In this document: positions 11,925-23,098 of the stretch, one piece after another
How the letters are laid out: the number at the start of each line of letters is the position of its first letter
How positions within the stretch are numbered: the stretch's first letter is position 1
Assembly: GCA_963775555.1 (NCBI GenBank)
Contig: CAVZJJ010000002.1
Coordinates: 647,397 to 711,396, forward strand
Direction: 5' to 3'
Source: an uncultured Bacteroidota bacterium
GTDB lineage: Bacteria > Bacteroidota > Bacteroidia > AKYH767-A > 2013-40CM-41-45
DNA length: 64,000 nt
Made by a program: the position numbers and the translations under genes
The notes under the pieces: model-generated
Databases searched by the model: none
Seen by the model: only the letters and a program-made list of their open reading frames with translations
What the model was told of the DNA's origin: nothing

Positions 11925-12918
11925 TTATAGCTTCATCCTGATTTGACCTTCTTCTTCTTCCAGCATCCTGAAGGGTTCACTTTTCACCAACAGGAAACTG
12001 TCGAGGTCCGCATAATCGCACAGCGAACATAAATGCAATCCGGAGGATATTCCAAGACTGGTTTCCACCATGCATCCAATCATGGTTTTCATTCCTGCTT
12101 CACGCGCCTTTCTCAGTAGTTGAATGGCCTTGTGATAGCCGCCTGCTTTCATCAATTTCACGTTCACTCCATGAAACATTCGTTTTAATTCTCCGAAGTC
12201 GGCATGGTCTAATATAGACTCATCGGCAAATAAAGGAAAAGAAGTATGCTTTTTCAGATACCTGTATTCTTCGTCCATGCCTGCCGGCATTGGTTGCTCG
12301 ACGAGATCAATGGAGAATTTTTTAATTTTTTCTAAGAAATAGATACACTCCTCTACATCTTTGAATGCTTCATTCGGATCGAGAAGAATCACCTGCTTGC
12401 TAAAGCCGGACAGGTGCCGGATGATTTCGAATCCTTCTTCAGTATTGATTTTTACTTTGAGATAGCGGAATCTGGATAAGTTGTTCTCCTTATAAAATGC
12501 AATGAGTTTTCCGGGATCCATGATCGGAATCGTATATGAAGTATAAACCGATCCCGGATCCGGCAAATTCAGTTGAAGGGGAACTGATATTTTCTTTTTT
12601 CCGGCTTCCAAATGCTGCCAGGCAGATTCAATGGCAAAGCGGAGAGCATTCGCCATCTTTTGCTGATCCAGAAATTCATTCAGGGCATCTCCGGATTGAA
12701 ATTGTTCAGGAACCGTCTTGAGGAAATTGTCAAATTGTTTCTGAAGTAAGTTCCGGTGTTTCTTCATACCTGATGTTCGGAGCCGCTTCCCCTTGTCCCT
12801 TAAGAAACCCTTCTGCAACACTTACAATCAGGTTGACCTTCTGATCAGTTGCATTACGTGAAATTTTCCAGGTATACTTTAAATCGAGTACGATTGGCTG
12901 AATTGACCAGTGTTGCAT
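11925..12918 (-). CDS. dipeptide epimerase / muconate cycloisomerase family enolase (one frameshift near 12820)
   Basis: GEAAPNIRY, KVK, DPNE, EQP, ADES, NVKLMKAGG, GCMVET and DLD motifs. Confidence 0.85.
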
Positions 12919-13029
12919 GAGTAAATAAGCTGAATGGCTATTGAATATGGGGAAGGATTCATCCGCTGAGATGATTAATGCGGCCTCCATACTCCCCGGA
13001 AATTGAAGGATGGCATGGCTTTAAACGCG

Positions 13030-13060
13030 AAAGTCCCCCGATTGAAAACCGGGGGACTTT
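13030..13060 (-). terminator. GC-rich hairpin downstream of the Lys-rich microprotein
   Basis: AAAGTCCCCCG-9 nt-CGGGGGACTTT perfect 11-bp stem. Confidence 0.7.
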
Positions 13061-13094
13061 TTGCGAACCGCTTTCGAAGCGGGAAGCGTGAAGA

Positions 13095-13193
13095 TTATTT
13101 CTTCTTCTTCTTAGCTGCTTTTTTCTTAGTAGCTTTCTTCTTAGTTGCTTTTTTCTTAGTTGCTTTCTTAGCAGCTTTTTTTGCTTTTGCCAT
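13095..13193 (-). CDS. 32-aa Lys/Ala-rich histone H1-like microprotein
   Basis: MAKAKKAAKKATKKKATKKKATKKKAAKKKKK; A-rich leader; synonymous variation among repeats; terminator downstream. Confidence 0.65.
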   Translation of the reverse strand: MAKAKKAAKKATKKKATKKKATKKKAAKKKKK

Positions 13194-14010
13194 TGTTTTT
13201 AGTTTTTGAATGTTATGACTAGTCAAACTTAATAAAATTAAAAAGGTTACACCGTTTTGTGAAAATATTTTCTTAACAATGGTTTGTTGATTTCGAAAGT
13301 ATAAAATTTCATCATCGATGGATAAAAAAAATGTGTGAATAAAAAAAAGTGTATCCTTGGAAACAAGCATGAATAAAGGTGTTCCAGCGTTTTTGTTTTT
13401 CTCGTGTGCAATGTGTTCATAGAAATTTTGCGCAAGACATGATCGGCACCCAAAATCGAAATTGTTGATAACCATGTCCGGTCAGGAACAATCAACAGTC
13501 ATTTTTTCCGGTCGGCAAGAAATAATTTTCCTGTTTTTGGTCCGGTCTGAATCATTTTTAGGTAGGAATTAAATCCCTTTCCTCTTTTATACAAGTTCAT
13601 CTCATCGTTTTACTCCATATCATGTTCAATCAGCATCTCCTTTCAATAGTATTTCGTTGTTGTGAAGTCCTGCCATGTGCTTTTATTTTTCGATCATCGC
13701 AAGATCCTGATCTCATCGAGTACTCTGTAGTATCAGGACAGGAGCACTCTGTCTGACATTGTGGTTTTTACAATTCCACCATACCATGACCGATCCGGAA
13801 GCTGAATACAAATCTGTAATCTTCTGTTGTCATTTAATTGACCTCGCTTAATTTTTGATACTTTTGCACAGGGAGAAGGAGCAGTAAATTAAGAGGAACG
13901 ATGTTGATGCCGGGCAATACACCTGCCGGGATTTCACAGTTTACCGTTTGGAAGCATGATGGAACCGCCCTTCTTTTGATTTTTTCAAAATCTTTTTTGA
14001 ATCAGGGATC

Positions 14011-16041
14011 ATGCTTACCGCTTTTAAGGACAAATTGAAATTTAATGAGCTTCGAAATTTACGTTCACTGAACGTACTGGCTTCCATTTCTGTCACGGCG
14101 ATGGGCTTTCTCTTTGAATTTGCTTATCACGATGGTTATATTCTGGTTTCCGGCCTGGTGGTTTCAATTTTACTAAGCTCCAATTACTTTTTATCTTATT
14201 ACAGTACTTCATACAGGGAGCATTTTACAAACATTACCTATGCTTCACTATTTTTAATTCACTTCTGGGCAGTGTATGTTACCCTGCTTCGAAATTTTGA
14301 AATTGACTTCCTGCTCCCACTTTCAATTTCGATCTTTACCTTTTCCCTGATATTTGACCGCTTTTATAAAAGTCTTATTTTCATCTTCACCATTACGACC
14401 CTCTTGTTGGTATTGATGCTCACCGGGGGGGATTGGAAACCGGAACATACCATTGCCCTGGTCACGCTTTATGCAGGGGCGCTCCTTTCCAATCAAATCC
14501 TCCAGCGAAAAGAAGAGTATCAGTCCGAGATCCAAAAACAGGAAATGCGTTACCTGGATTTGGTGGAAAACATGAACGATGGTTTGATTTATGTCGATAA
14601 TAACCGGGAGCTTGTTTTTGTGAATGACCGTTTTTGTGAAATCACCGGTTATAATCGGGAAGATCTTGTAGGCAGATCCGTTTTCATATTGGCTCCTAAA
14701 GGAGATGGAGAGGAAGTTATCGCCGGTTTTTTCGAAGACATGAAATCAAAATCTTCCATCCGACTGGATTGCGAACTCATTCAAAGAAATAAAAGCTCGG
14801 TGTGGGTTCAGATGACGGGTTCCCTGTATCAGGGTCAGGAAGCATCTGCGATGGGAGCCATGATCGTCTTTACCGATATCACCAAACTGAAGCGCGCTCA
14901 ACAATTGCTGAAAGAGAAAGAGGAGGGTTACCGTACTTTTATTGAACAAAGTGCCGTTGGAATATGGAGGGCCGAATACAAGAAAGCTATTTCCGTGAAC
15001 TTACCGCTGGACGAACAGGTGGACCTCTTGCTCGATACAGGCTTGATCGCCGAATGCAATGAGTTTATGGCAAAGATGTATGGATATGCTTCAACGGCTT
15101 CATTGGTCGGAAAAAAAATACGCGAGTTTTATCATGTGGAAAACAACTTTGATGAAGCAAAGAACCCGTGAACTGATCACCTCCTTCATCCGAAACAATT
15201 ACCGCATCAGCAGTGCAGAGTCAAAAGAGCTGGATCGTGAGGGGAATGTGCGGTATATGCTGAACAATAATATTGGTGTGGTAGAAGACGGTTTTCTGTT
15301 ACGGACATGGGGCGTACAAACCGACATCACCGACCGGAAAAAAATCGAAAAGGAATTGATAGAAACCAATCATGAATTGGACACTTTCTTTTATAAAGCT
15401 TCCCATGATCTGAAAGGACCGCTTGCCAGCGTGATGGGTATTGTAAACCTGGCTCGTCTTGAAAATAAAGATGAAGATGCAGGAAAGTTATTTTGCCATG
15501 ATCGAAACAAGTGTGAAGACGTCTCGACAGGACTTTGCTCGATCTCATCGAACTTGCCCGGACACGCAGGGGGGCAAGTAAGATAAGTACGATCAATATG
15601 AAGGAGCTCATGAATGAGATATTGAATTCCCTGAAACATCTTCCGGATTTCAACCGGATTAATTTTGAGGAAAAAATAGACCAGCATATTGAAATACAGG
15701 CGGACAAAGTCCTGGTGCTCTCTGTTTTTCAGAACCTGATCCACAATGCGATCAATTATTGCAATCACCAGAGCCCTTGGATACGGATCAAGGTTGAAGA
15801 GAATGAGGATGGAATTGTGGCTGAAATAGCTGACAATGGAAAAGGCATCCCTGAGAACATTAAAGGAAGAGTCTTTGAAATGTTTTACCGTGGTCATCCG
15901 GATTCGAGCGGATCAGGTCTGGGTCTGTTTATTGTAAAGAATGCTCTGGAAAAAATGAATGGGAAAATCCGCTTTGAAAGCGAGTTAAATAAGGGAACCA
16001 CATTTTTTGTGACAATACCTAAAGCAATAATCGAATCCTGA
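14011..16041 (+). CDS. membrane PAS-domain sensor histidine kinase (two apparent frameshifts)
   Basis: TM helices, PAS (VNDRFCEITGY), HisKA (KASHDLKGPL), HATPase (NLIHNAI, DNGKGI, GSGLGL). Confidence 0.88.
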
Positions 16042-16080
16042 TTTCATTATTGCCTATCTTTATAATCAAATTCACCGACA

Positions 16081-16485
16081 ATGATTCTTCGAATAGAACA
16101 TCTTGGTATTGCCGTTAAAGACCAGCAAAGGGCCAACGAATTATTTTCATTTCTCCTTGGGACTTCACCCTATAAATCCGAGTCTGTTTCTTCTGAAAAA
16201 GTCAACACTTCGTTTTTTAAAGTAGGGGAGTCAAAAGTAGAATTGTTGGAAAGCACAGATCCATCCGGCCCTATTGGAAAGTTTATTGAGAAAAGAGGAG
16301 AAGGAATTCATCATGTGGCTTTTGAAGTGGACAATATTTTCCAAATGATGAAGGAATTGAAAGATGCCGGCTTCCAGCTTCTTTCAGATGAACCTAAACA
16401 GGGTGCGGATAATAAATTGATTTGCTTCCTCCATCCAAAAAGCACGCAGGGGGTATTGGTAGAGTTGTGCCAGGAAATCCGATAA
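16081..16485 (+). CDS. mce: methylmalonyl-CoA epimerase
   Basis: IEHLGIAV, GEGIHHVAF, FLHPKSTQGVLVELCQ. Confidence 0.93.
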   Translation: MILRIEHLGIAVKDQQRANELFSFLLGTSPYKSESVSSEKVNTSFFKVGESKVELLESTDPSGPIGKFIEKRGEGIHHVAFEVDNIFQMMKELKDAGFQLLSDEPKQGADNKLICFLHPKSTQGVLVELCQEIR

Positions 16486-16517
16486 CATTTAAGTTTGATT
16501 AATTCTTTGCTCTGGTC

Positions 16518-17132
16518 TCAGAGAATTAAATCCCCTACCCACTCCGTATTTTTCAGCCACTTCGTTTGGAGCCCTGCCTTTCGAGCACCTTCCACATTTT
16601 GTGGAGAATCGTCAATGAACAAAGTCTGTTCCGGCTCGAGTGCGTTTTCTGAGATTACTTTAAAAAATATTTCCGTGCCGGGCTTTCGAAGATGAATGCG
16701 GTGCGAGAGGTACACTTTTTCAAAGAGCTCATCAAAAATATTTCGTTTGTAACTGTCCATAATCATCGCACTGTAAGCCAATTCGTGGATCTCATTGGAA
16801 TTACTAAGCAAAAAAAGCCTGTATCGGCCTTTCAGACGAAGCAACAAGTCGACATTCTTCTGAGGAAAACCTATTAAGAGAGAGTTCCAGGCAGCATCAA
16901 TTTCTGAATCTTGAAAATTTCTATTTCCAAGACTCCTAATCCTGTTTCTGAACTCTGAAGAACTGATAGAGCCCGTTTCTAACTGGTCAAAGAGGTGATC
17001 CTGTTTGAGTTGCGTATAGAGGGAGTCAAAGTTGACAAGGCCCAGATTTTTGAAAGCATTGATGGTGTTTTGGTATTTAATATCAAAAAGTACTCCCCCG
17101 AGATCAAAAATTATATTCCGGATCACCTTCAT
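16518..17132 (-). CDS. HAD-family phosphatase
   Basis: FDLGGV, LSN, RKP and FIDD motifs. Confidence 0.9.
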   Translation of the reverse strand: MKVIRNIIFDLGGVLFDIKYQNTINAFKNLGLVNFDSLYTQLKQDHLFDQLETGSISSSEFRNRIRSLGNRNFQDSEIDAAWNSLLIGFPQKNVDLLLRLKGRYRLFLLSNSNEIHELAYSAMIMDSYKRNIFDELFEKVYLSHRIHLRKPGTEIFFKVISENALEPEQTLFIDDSPQNVEGARKAGLQTKWLKNTEWVGDLIL

Positions 17133-17230
17133 GTTTTCAAATTTGAATGCAAAAATATAACTTCGTCGACTTTTTGATCACAATATCTTTTTTCATTTTG
17201 TGATAAAGAGACCAGAATAATAGAATTTCA

Positions 17231-17304
17231 GGGCCCTTAGCTCATTCGGTTAGAGCAACAGACTCATAATCTGTGGGTGGTTGGTTCGATTCCAACAGGG
17301 CCCA
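17231..17304 (+). tRNA. tRNA with CAT anticodon, most likely tRNA-Ile2 (lysidine-modified)
   Basis: Acceptor stem GGGCCCT/AGGGCCC-A; D arm; anticodon stem ACAGA-CTCATAA-TCTGT; T loop GGTTCGATTCC; lacks initiator-Met features. Confidence 0.93.
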
Positions 17305-17308
17305 CTTT
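17292..17308 (+). repeat. left att core (tRNA 3' end)
   Basis: CCAACAGGGCCCACTTT, identical at 39678. Confidence 0.9.
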
Positions 17309-17482
17309 ATTTATTACATAAAGTACAGTAAATCAGTATATTAATGTTAATTTTGATATGATCGACTGAAACTATACTGAAACAAATCTGTGTTAAAGTA
17401 TAGTTCCGGCTTGGTTTAAATTATGTGAAACTACATGTTCTACCAATTTTACCCTTAAAGATTTCAATAGAAAGTATTGGCA

Positions 17483-18544
17483 ATGAAAAAAATTCGCACC
17501 CTTTATCATCAATTACTTTCAGGTGATAAGCCGGATTTAGTGTTATGGCTTTTCCCAATTGTAGGTTTGTTGCTCCTCTGTCTTTTACCATTAATGTTGA
17601 CCCAGTCAGGTTGGGGAATGTTTGATTTTTCAAAGACTGGAGAGATTGGTGATACAATTGGAGGGATTTCGGGACCGTTTATTGCGTTTATTGCAGCAAT
17701 GCTAACATTTCTGGCCTTCTGGATTCAGGTAAAAGCAAACAAGGTGCAGACTGAACAATTTGGTAAACAGGACTCAGATACAAAGATTGATCGCTTTGAA
17801 AATAAATTTTATGAACTTATAAAGCTTCATAAGGCGAATGTTTCAGAGGTTTTTATCGACGATGATGTAAATAATAGATTGGCCTTTAAGAGTATCTTTG
17901 AAGAGTATAAAATTTGTTACTATACATTGGCAAGTGTCATTAAAAGAAAAAGAAAAAACTTGACCCTAAAAAAAGAACTTTCATTAAATGACTTAGTCAA
18001 GATTTCATATGTGGTTTTTTTTATTGGAATTGAAAAGGGTACGGATGAAATAACGAAGGAATTATTAAAAGACTATGATGAGGATTTAAAGTCGGAATAC
18101 ATTAGTGAACTTAAAATGCTCAGCGGATCAAGGCACTTTGGATTTCCGGATCTGAGTGAGTTTAATTTACCTAAATTTATTGTCACCGTTGAACACAAAT
18201 TGTTCAGAGGATATAGTTCAATGCTAGGTCATTATTACAGGCATCTTTTTCAAATTGTCAAATTTGTTGTTAACCAGGATCCGAAAATGGCATTGGATAA
18301 GTATGAATATTTGAAAACATTGAGGGCTCAGTTATCAGATTATGAACAGTTACTTCTATATTATAATGGACTCACCCCTTTTGGTAAATCATGGATTCTC
18401 AATAATTATTTCACGGATTTCAGAATGATAAAAAATTTACCACTTCCACTTGCTGTCTTAGGACCTAGACCAAAAGATGTTTTGGGAGAAAAAAACAGCT
18501 TAGGTAAATTTCTATTTGAATGGGATGAACGTATATATAGTTAG
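17483..18544 (+). CDS. putative phage abortive infection protein (putAbiC-like) with two N-terminal TM helices
   Basis: GDTIGG, FENKFYELIKLH, LGHYYRHLFQIVKFV and LRAQLSDYEQLLLYYN motifs. Confidence 0.75.
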   Translation: MKKIRTLYHQLLSGDKPDLVLWLFPIVGLLLLCLLPLMLTQSGWGMFDFSKTGEIGDTIGGISGPFIAFIAAMLTFLAFWIQVKANKVQTEQFGKQDSDTKIDRFENKFYELIKLHKANVSEVFIDDDVNNRLAFKSIFEEYKICYYTLASVIKRKRKNLTLKKELSLNDLVKISYVVFFIGIEKGTDEITKELLKDYDEDLKSEYISELKMLSGSRHFGFPDLSEFNLPKFIVTVEHKLFRGYSSMLGHYYRHLFQIVKFVVNQDPKMALDKYEYLKTLRAQLSDYEQLLLYYNGLTPFGKSWILNNYFTDFRMIKNLPLPLAVLGPRPKDVLGEKNSLGKFLFEWDERIYS

Positions 18545-19495
18545 CCTGAAGGAGGGCAAATTTGTATCAATAATTTGTTACTCAGAATATTTAATTTAAG
18601 CCTTTAATGTTGCATTATAGCTTAAGCGAAGGGGGTCGGTTTCCAGAAATCGATTTTGCTTTTGCAAATATGCCCCCAATAAGTAAGTACTAAGTTTGCA
18701 TTGAGATGCGACCACTGGTTTTACTTCTTTTGAAGTTTTATATAAGAATTTTTAGTAAACCGGAACAATAGGCTATAATCCGATCCATTTTCAGGACTTG
18801 TTTTGACTAAAAAATATTTATGGAAAAAAGAAGGTCATTTTGTTAGGTAAATTAGGTGTTAATTTCGTTTTTTTCTTTGAATTTTAGATATTTTGGGGCT
18901 TTTTGTTGGACAAATTAACTGAAAAAAACAGAAAGGTCAATTATTTCAGAAAAGAGTTGATTTTGTCTAAAAAAGCAAGATGTTAGTACGAAGGTTCTTA
19001 ATAGTGGTTATAAACCTAAGTTCTCAAACAGACCGACGCGTTTTTTTTTGAATCTCCAATTCAACTTGATCAGGATCGACAATTTCTGTACTTGAGAATT
19101 ATCCATTTAGATTTGGAAAAGGATATATTTGATTATTCAAATTCAAAAAGCCTTTATAAAATTCATGACACCAATTATAAGCAAATGAAATATTCCCTTC
19201 TTATAAGTTTGATATTCTATGCAACAACGTCTTGCTTTGCTCAATCAAATGCGGATCTCTATAATAGTGGAAACAATAAAGCCAAACGACAAGATTTTTT
19301 GGGTGCCATCTCTGACTACAACTTGGCAATTATTATTGACCCTCTTGACCCAAGCTGTTATCTTAATGTTTATTCCAGCGAAGCTGACCCCCATTCCGGG
19401 CATCCTGACCCCTCTGTAAAAGTTAATTCCGGCATATTGACCCCACCTTTTTGTTCTGATAGGATGAGGTTATTTCAATGAACGATGCACTGTTT

Positions 19496-20221
19496 TTATT
19501 TCTTTTTTCTAAGTGATTCGCCGTTTAGTTCGACGCGGTGCGCATTGGAAACGATCCGATCCAATATTGCATCGGCTAATGTCGGTTCACCGATTATTTC
19601 ATACCAGATCGATGATGGTATTTGTGATGCAATAATAATAGATTTTCTGCCATGACGATCTTCGACGATTTCCAATAAATCCAACCGTGCCATTTCATCG
19701 GGTTTTTGCAGGCCAAAATCATCCAAAATCAACAGATCGTGCTTTGCGATGTGCTGCATCTGCCTTCGGTGGGTTCCATCCAGTCTGCCTAAACGAAGCG
19801 ATTGATATAATTTCTGTGTGTTATGATAAGTGACCTTGAAGCCCAACTGACAGCACTGATGACCAATGGCTGATGCTATATGACTTTTGCCCACTCCGGT
19901 AGGGCCTGTGATGATCAGATTTTCGGATTTTTCTATCCAGGCACACGTACTGATTTTTGCCAGGAAGTCAGCCGTCAGATTTCTTTTGGGATCGGGTGAG
20001 ATCTCTGCCAGAGACGATGTGTAACGGAAGCGTGCGCTCCTTGTCAACCGCTCTATTTTTCTGTTATTCCTATCATCCCATTCCTGTTGAAGTAGTAGCG
20101 ATAATAATTGATCGTTTGCAAGGGCATCGGTTTTCTTTCCTTGCACGATTCCTTCCAGCGCAGCCTGCATGCCATACAACCTGAGGTTTTGCATTAATTC
20201 AATGGATTTTTGATAACTCAT
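19496..20221 (-). CDS. istB: IS21 helper ATPase IstB
   Basis: GPTGVGKS Walker A, LLILDDFG Walker B, ADAILDRIV. Confidence 0.95.
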   Translation of the reverse strand: MSYQKSIELMQNLRLYGMQAALEGIVQGKKTDALANDQLLSLLLQQEWDDRNNRKIERLTRSARFRYTSSLAEISPDPKRNLTADFLAKISTCAWIEKSENLIITGPTGVGKSHIASAIGHQCCQLGFKVTYHNTQKLYQSLRLGRLDGTHRRQMQHIAKHDLLILDDFGLQKPDEMARLDLLEIVEDRHGRKSIIIASQIPSSIWYEIIGEPTLADAILDRIVSNAHRVELNGESLRKKK

Positions 20222-20247
20222 GAGTTCAGTTTTTAAGGGTTAAACAA

Positions 20248-21785
20248 TTATTGATAAGTGGATGAGCCACGTATGTTTTCATGCTTTGGCAATGGTTTTT
20301 CTTCAGGGAAAAATGTTCTGTTTGCATATTTACCCGTTGCGATGCGGACAATTTGTGAGTACGTGCAGACGTTGAACTCCAAAGCGATCTGGCAGGCATC
20401 GATCAATGTTTGAACTGATGTCTTTGAGGCAAGAGATAAAATGCCCTGACAGGTTTTATAGGCCTGCTCTGCGTACTTACTTTTCTTTAGTACCGTTTCG
20501 ATTACCTGTAAAACCGGCTCACCATAGGTCGCTGCACGTTGTCGGAGCAGATCGGCATTCATGCCTTTCAGTACAATCTGATGATGCGAGGGAAGGTGTT
20601 GTTCCTCGGTAATATATTTCCTTGTGGAGTTGGAGACATGCGTAGCAACACATTGCCCGCGATAATAAATATTGACTACTGTCGCTGTAATTACAACCTG
20701 TACCTTTTGACCAATCAACCGGTAAGGGACACTGTAGTATTTTTTCTGACTGCTTACATAAACATGGCAGTTTTGCTGAACGGTTAATAGAAGGTGCTTT
20801 TTAAGCTCATATGGATTGGAAGGCAACGGTTTTAACAATGATCGCTCATCCCTCTCCAGCATTACACTGCGAGAACATCCGTATTGTTTCATCACCCGGT
20901 TATTCAATTGCTTTACTGCCTCCAAGAGCGCCTGATTTAACTCCTGCAAGCTGCGGAATGTGATTTTTCGTAAAGGAGCAAACAAACGCTGATACGTGAT
21001 TCGAACCGATACCTCAACTTTGGCTTTATCCCTTGGCTTTCGTGGTCTGGCCGGAAAAACGGTCATACCGTAGTGATTAGCCAGATCCAGGAACAGAGAG
21101 TTAATGACCGGTTCATATCGATCGGCAAGAGTAACTGCTGATTTTAAATTATCAGGAACCACAGCCTGTGTGCAGCCACCGATTTGTTCAATCACCGATA
21201 CAGTTGCATGTAAGACATCGTGGAGTTTTTGTGAGTGTACGGCCTGTACAGCGATGTAATTACTGTAGCCCAGTGTGCCAACAAATATTTCGCATTCGAT
21301 CTTTAACCCCGTATCATCGATGTAATACATTTTATCCCCTGTAAAATCCAGGAACAGTTTATCTCCGGGCAAGGCTCTTTTATCAGTACCGCGTTTTGAC
21401 TGCGATCATACAATTGCAGGTAATAACAAAATCGGGAGTATTGATATCCTTGAGGATATTCCCTTTTGTATTCTTCCCAAAGCAGTTGACGGGTAACATG
21501 TCGCTTTTTCTCTTCTTGGTGAAAATATTCCAGGCGTGATAATAAATCACAATGTCGTTCCTGTTCGTACTTTACTGGAGTTCGCAAGAGATGTTCCAGC
21601 TGAGGATCTTCAAGGCTCAGAGCCTCTTCGAGACTTATTCCTTTGCTTTCAAGATTACGCAAATACCCCTTTATCGTGTTGCGTGCCACACCCATCTGGC
21701 GTGAGATTGCTTTCAGTTTATATGATTGACTGATTAAGCGTAAGATCTGTTTTAACTGACTCATAAGAATGGTTGTTCCGGACAT
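20248..21785 (-). CDS. istA: IS21 transposase IstA (one frameshift near 21372)
   Basis: N-terminal HTH and YSRFC in the first ORF; PGDKLFLDF, VPDNLKSAV and PRDKAKVE in the second. Confidence 0.9.
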
Positions 21786-22660
21786 AGTTCGCGTGATTTG
21801 ATGGTTCGTACATCAAATCACTTAGAGAAAAAACCATCATCCAAATGGAATTAAAAGGCGGGGGTCAGTATGCCGGAATCAAATGTTAATGCCGGGGTCA
21901 GTATGCCGGAATGATGAAATTTCGGGGGGTCAGGATGCCGGAATAGAATTCTCCGCAGGGGTCAGCATGCCCGGAACAGGGGGTCAGGATCGCTGGAATG
22001 AGGGGTCAGGATGCGATGGAGTAAACAATCTTAATAGAGGTCATGCAAAATCTGATCTTGGAGATTATAGAGGTGCTATAGTTGACTACAACAAGAGTAT
22101 ATCTATTGACCCCAAAGAAGCATCTGCATTCTTTCTACGTGGATATGCAAAATCTAATATTGGTGACAACCAAGGTGCGATTATTGATTTCACTAGTGCC
22201 TTAGAACTTAACCCGGATTATGAAGGAGCTTATATCAGTCGTGGACTCTGTAAGAGCCTTTTTGGAGACTTCATAGGATCAATTGCGGATTTGAACTTAG
22301 CAATTAAACTCAATCCTCACTCGGCTTTTGCTTTTCATGCCAGAGGAATTTCAAAGGCTCGACTAAATGATTATCGAGGCTCGTTGCAGGATTATAATCG
22401 AGCTATTGAGATTGATCCAGAATATGCAGATGCTTATATGGGTCGAGGTATTGTAAAAATTACATTAGGGGAGAAAGAAGGTGGTTGTTTGGATTTAAGC
22501 AAGGCTGGCGAACTGGGGGTTGCCAAAGCATATGATGAGATTAAAAAGTCTTGTTACTAATCTAATATATTAGGGCGTTAAATTCAGATTGAAATCATTT
22601 GTTATCTACTTTATTCCGAATGAATATTTACCTAACTTAAGGCATTGATATTTATTTTGT

Positions 22661-22987
22661 TCATTTATTTTTAATATTCAAATCAATAGTTTGTTTTGTT
22701 CCAGTAGGCTCACCTCCGTCAATTTGTTGCAATTTCCCCCATGAGTTAAAATAAAAAAACTTTGTGTCGGTGCGAGCCCCAGTCCACGCGTCGTAATCAT
22801 TCATTCTATAAATAGTCCATCCATTGCCGATAGACTCCAATTTTGCTTTTCTTCCAGCCTTTTCTTTAAATTCTTGAATTGACATGCCAATGTATGCACT
22901 ATTGCTAACATGTGAAGCTTGGTTATAAGTGCCTGCACAACTATACAATAGCAATTGACATATAAAAATTGAAAGAGCTTTTTTCAT
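22661..22987 (-). CDS. small lipoprotein
   Basis: MKK plus hydrophobic stretch plus LYSC lipobox; IGMSIQEF. Confidence 0.75.
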   Translation of the reverse strand: MKKALSIFICQLLLYSCAGTYNQASHVSNSAYIGMSIQEFKEKAGRKAKLESIGNGWTIYRMNDYDAWTGARTDTKFFYFNSWGKLQQIDGGEPTGTKQTIDLNIKNK

Positions 22988-23098
22988 GGATAGGAATTTA
23001 ATATTATTAGTGCTTTTTTATAAGACTATTGAAACTGGGAACTATTGTTAAAGCTAACATTTAAATTTATATTTAAACGGATTTAATTTTAATAGAAC

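Larger units (their letters stand above)
19367..22027 (-). mobile_element. IS21-family insertion sequence
   Basis: Ends TGTTTATTCCAGCG and CGATGGAGTAAACA; 7-bp target duplication ATCTTAA (19360-19366, 22028-22034); multiple GGGGTCAG..TGCCGGAAT subterminal repeats; istA and istB. Confidence 0.95.
19185..22560 (+). pseudogene. exported TPR-repeat protein interrupted by IS21
   Basis: Removing the IS and one ATCTTAA copy restores ...PSCYLN|RGHAKSDLGDY... in frame (708 nt, 235 aa). Confidence 0.88.

Noticed and set aside
11925-16041. Split dipeptide epimerase and histidine kinase genes (also the T9SS gene near 58010)
   Set aside because: Domains continue across single indels with no other decay; probably sequencing errors. 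Cannot be confirmed without reads.
17231-17304. tRNA-Met assignment from the CAT anticodon
   Set aside because: No C1:A72 mismatch or GGG/CCC anticodon stem of initiator tRNA; the sequence resembles Ile2. Elongator Met is not fully excluded without a covariance-model score.
21857-22027. Regularly spaced ~20-bp repeats resembling a mini CRISPR array
   Set aside because: Spacers are too short and irregular, the same motif occurs inverted at the other IS end, and no cas genes are present. These are IS21 transposase-binding repeats.
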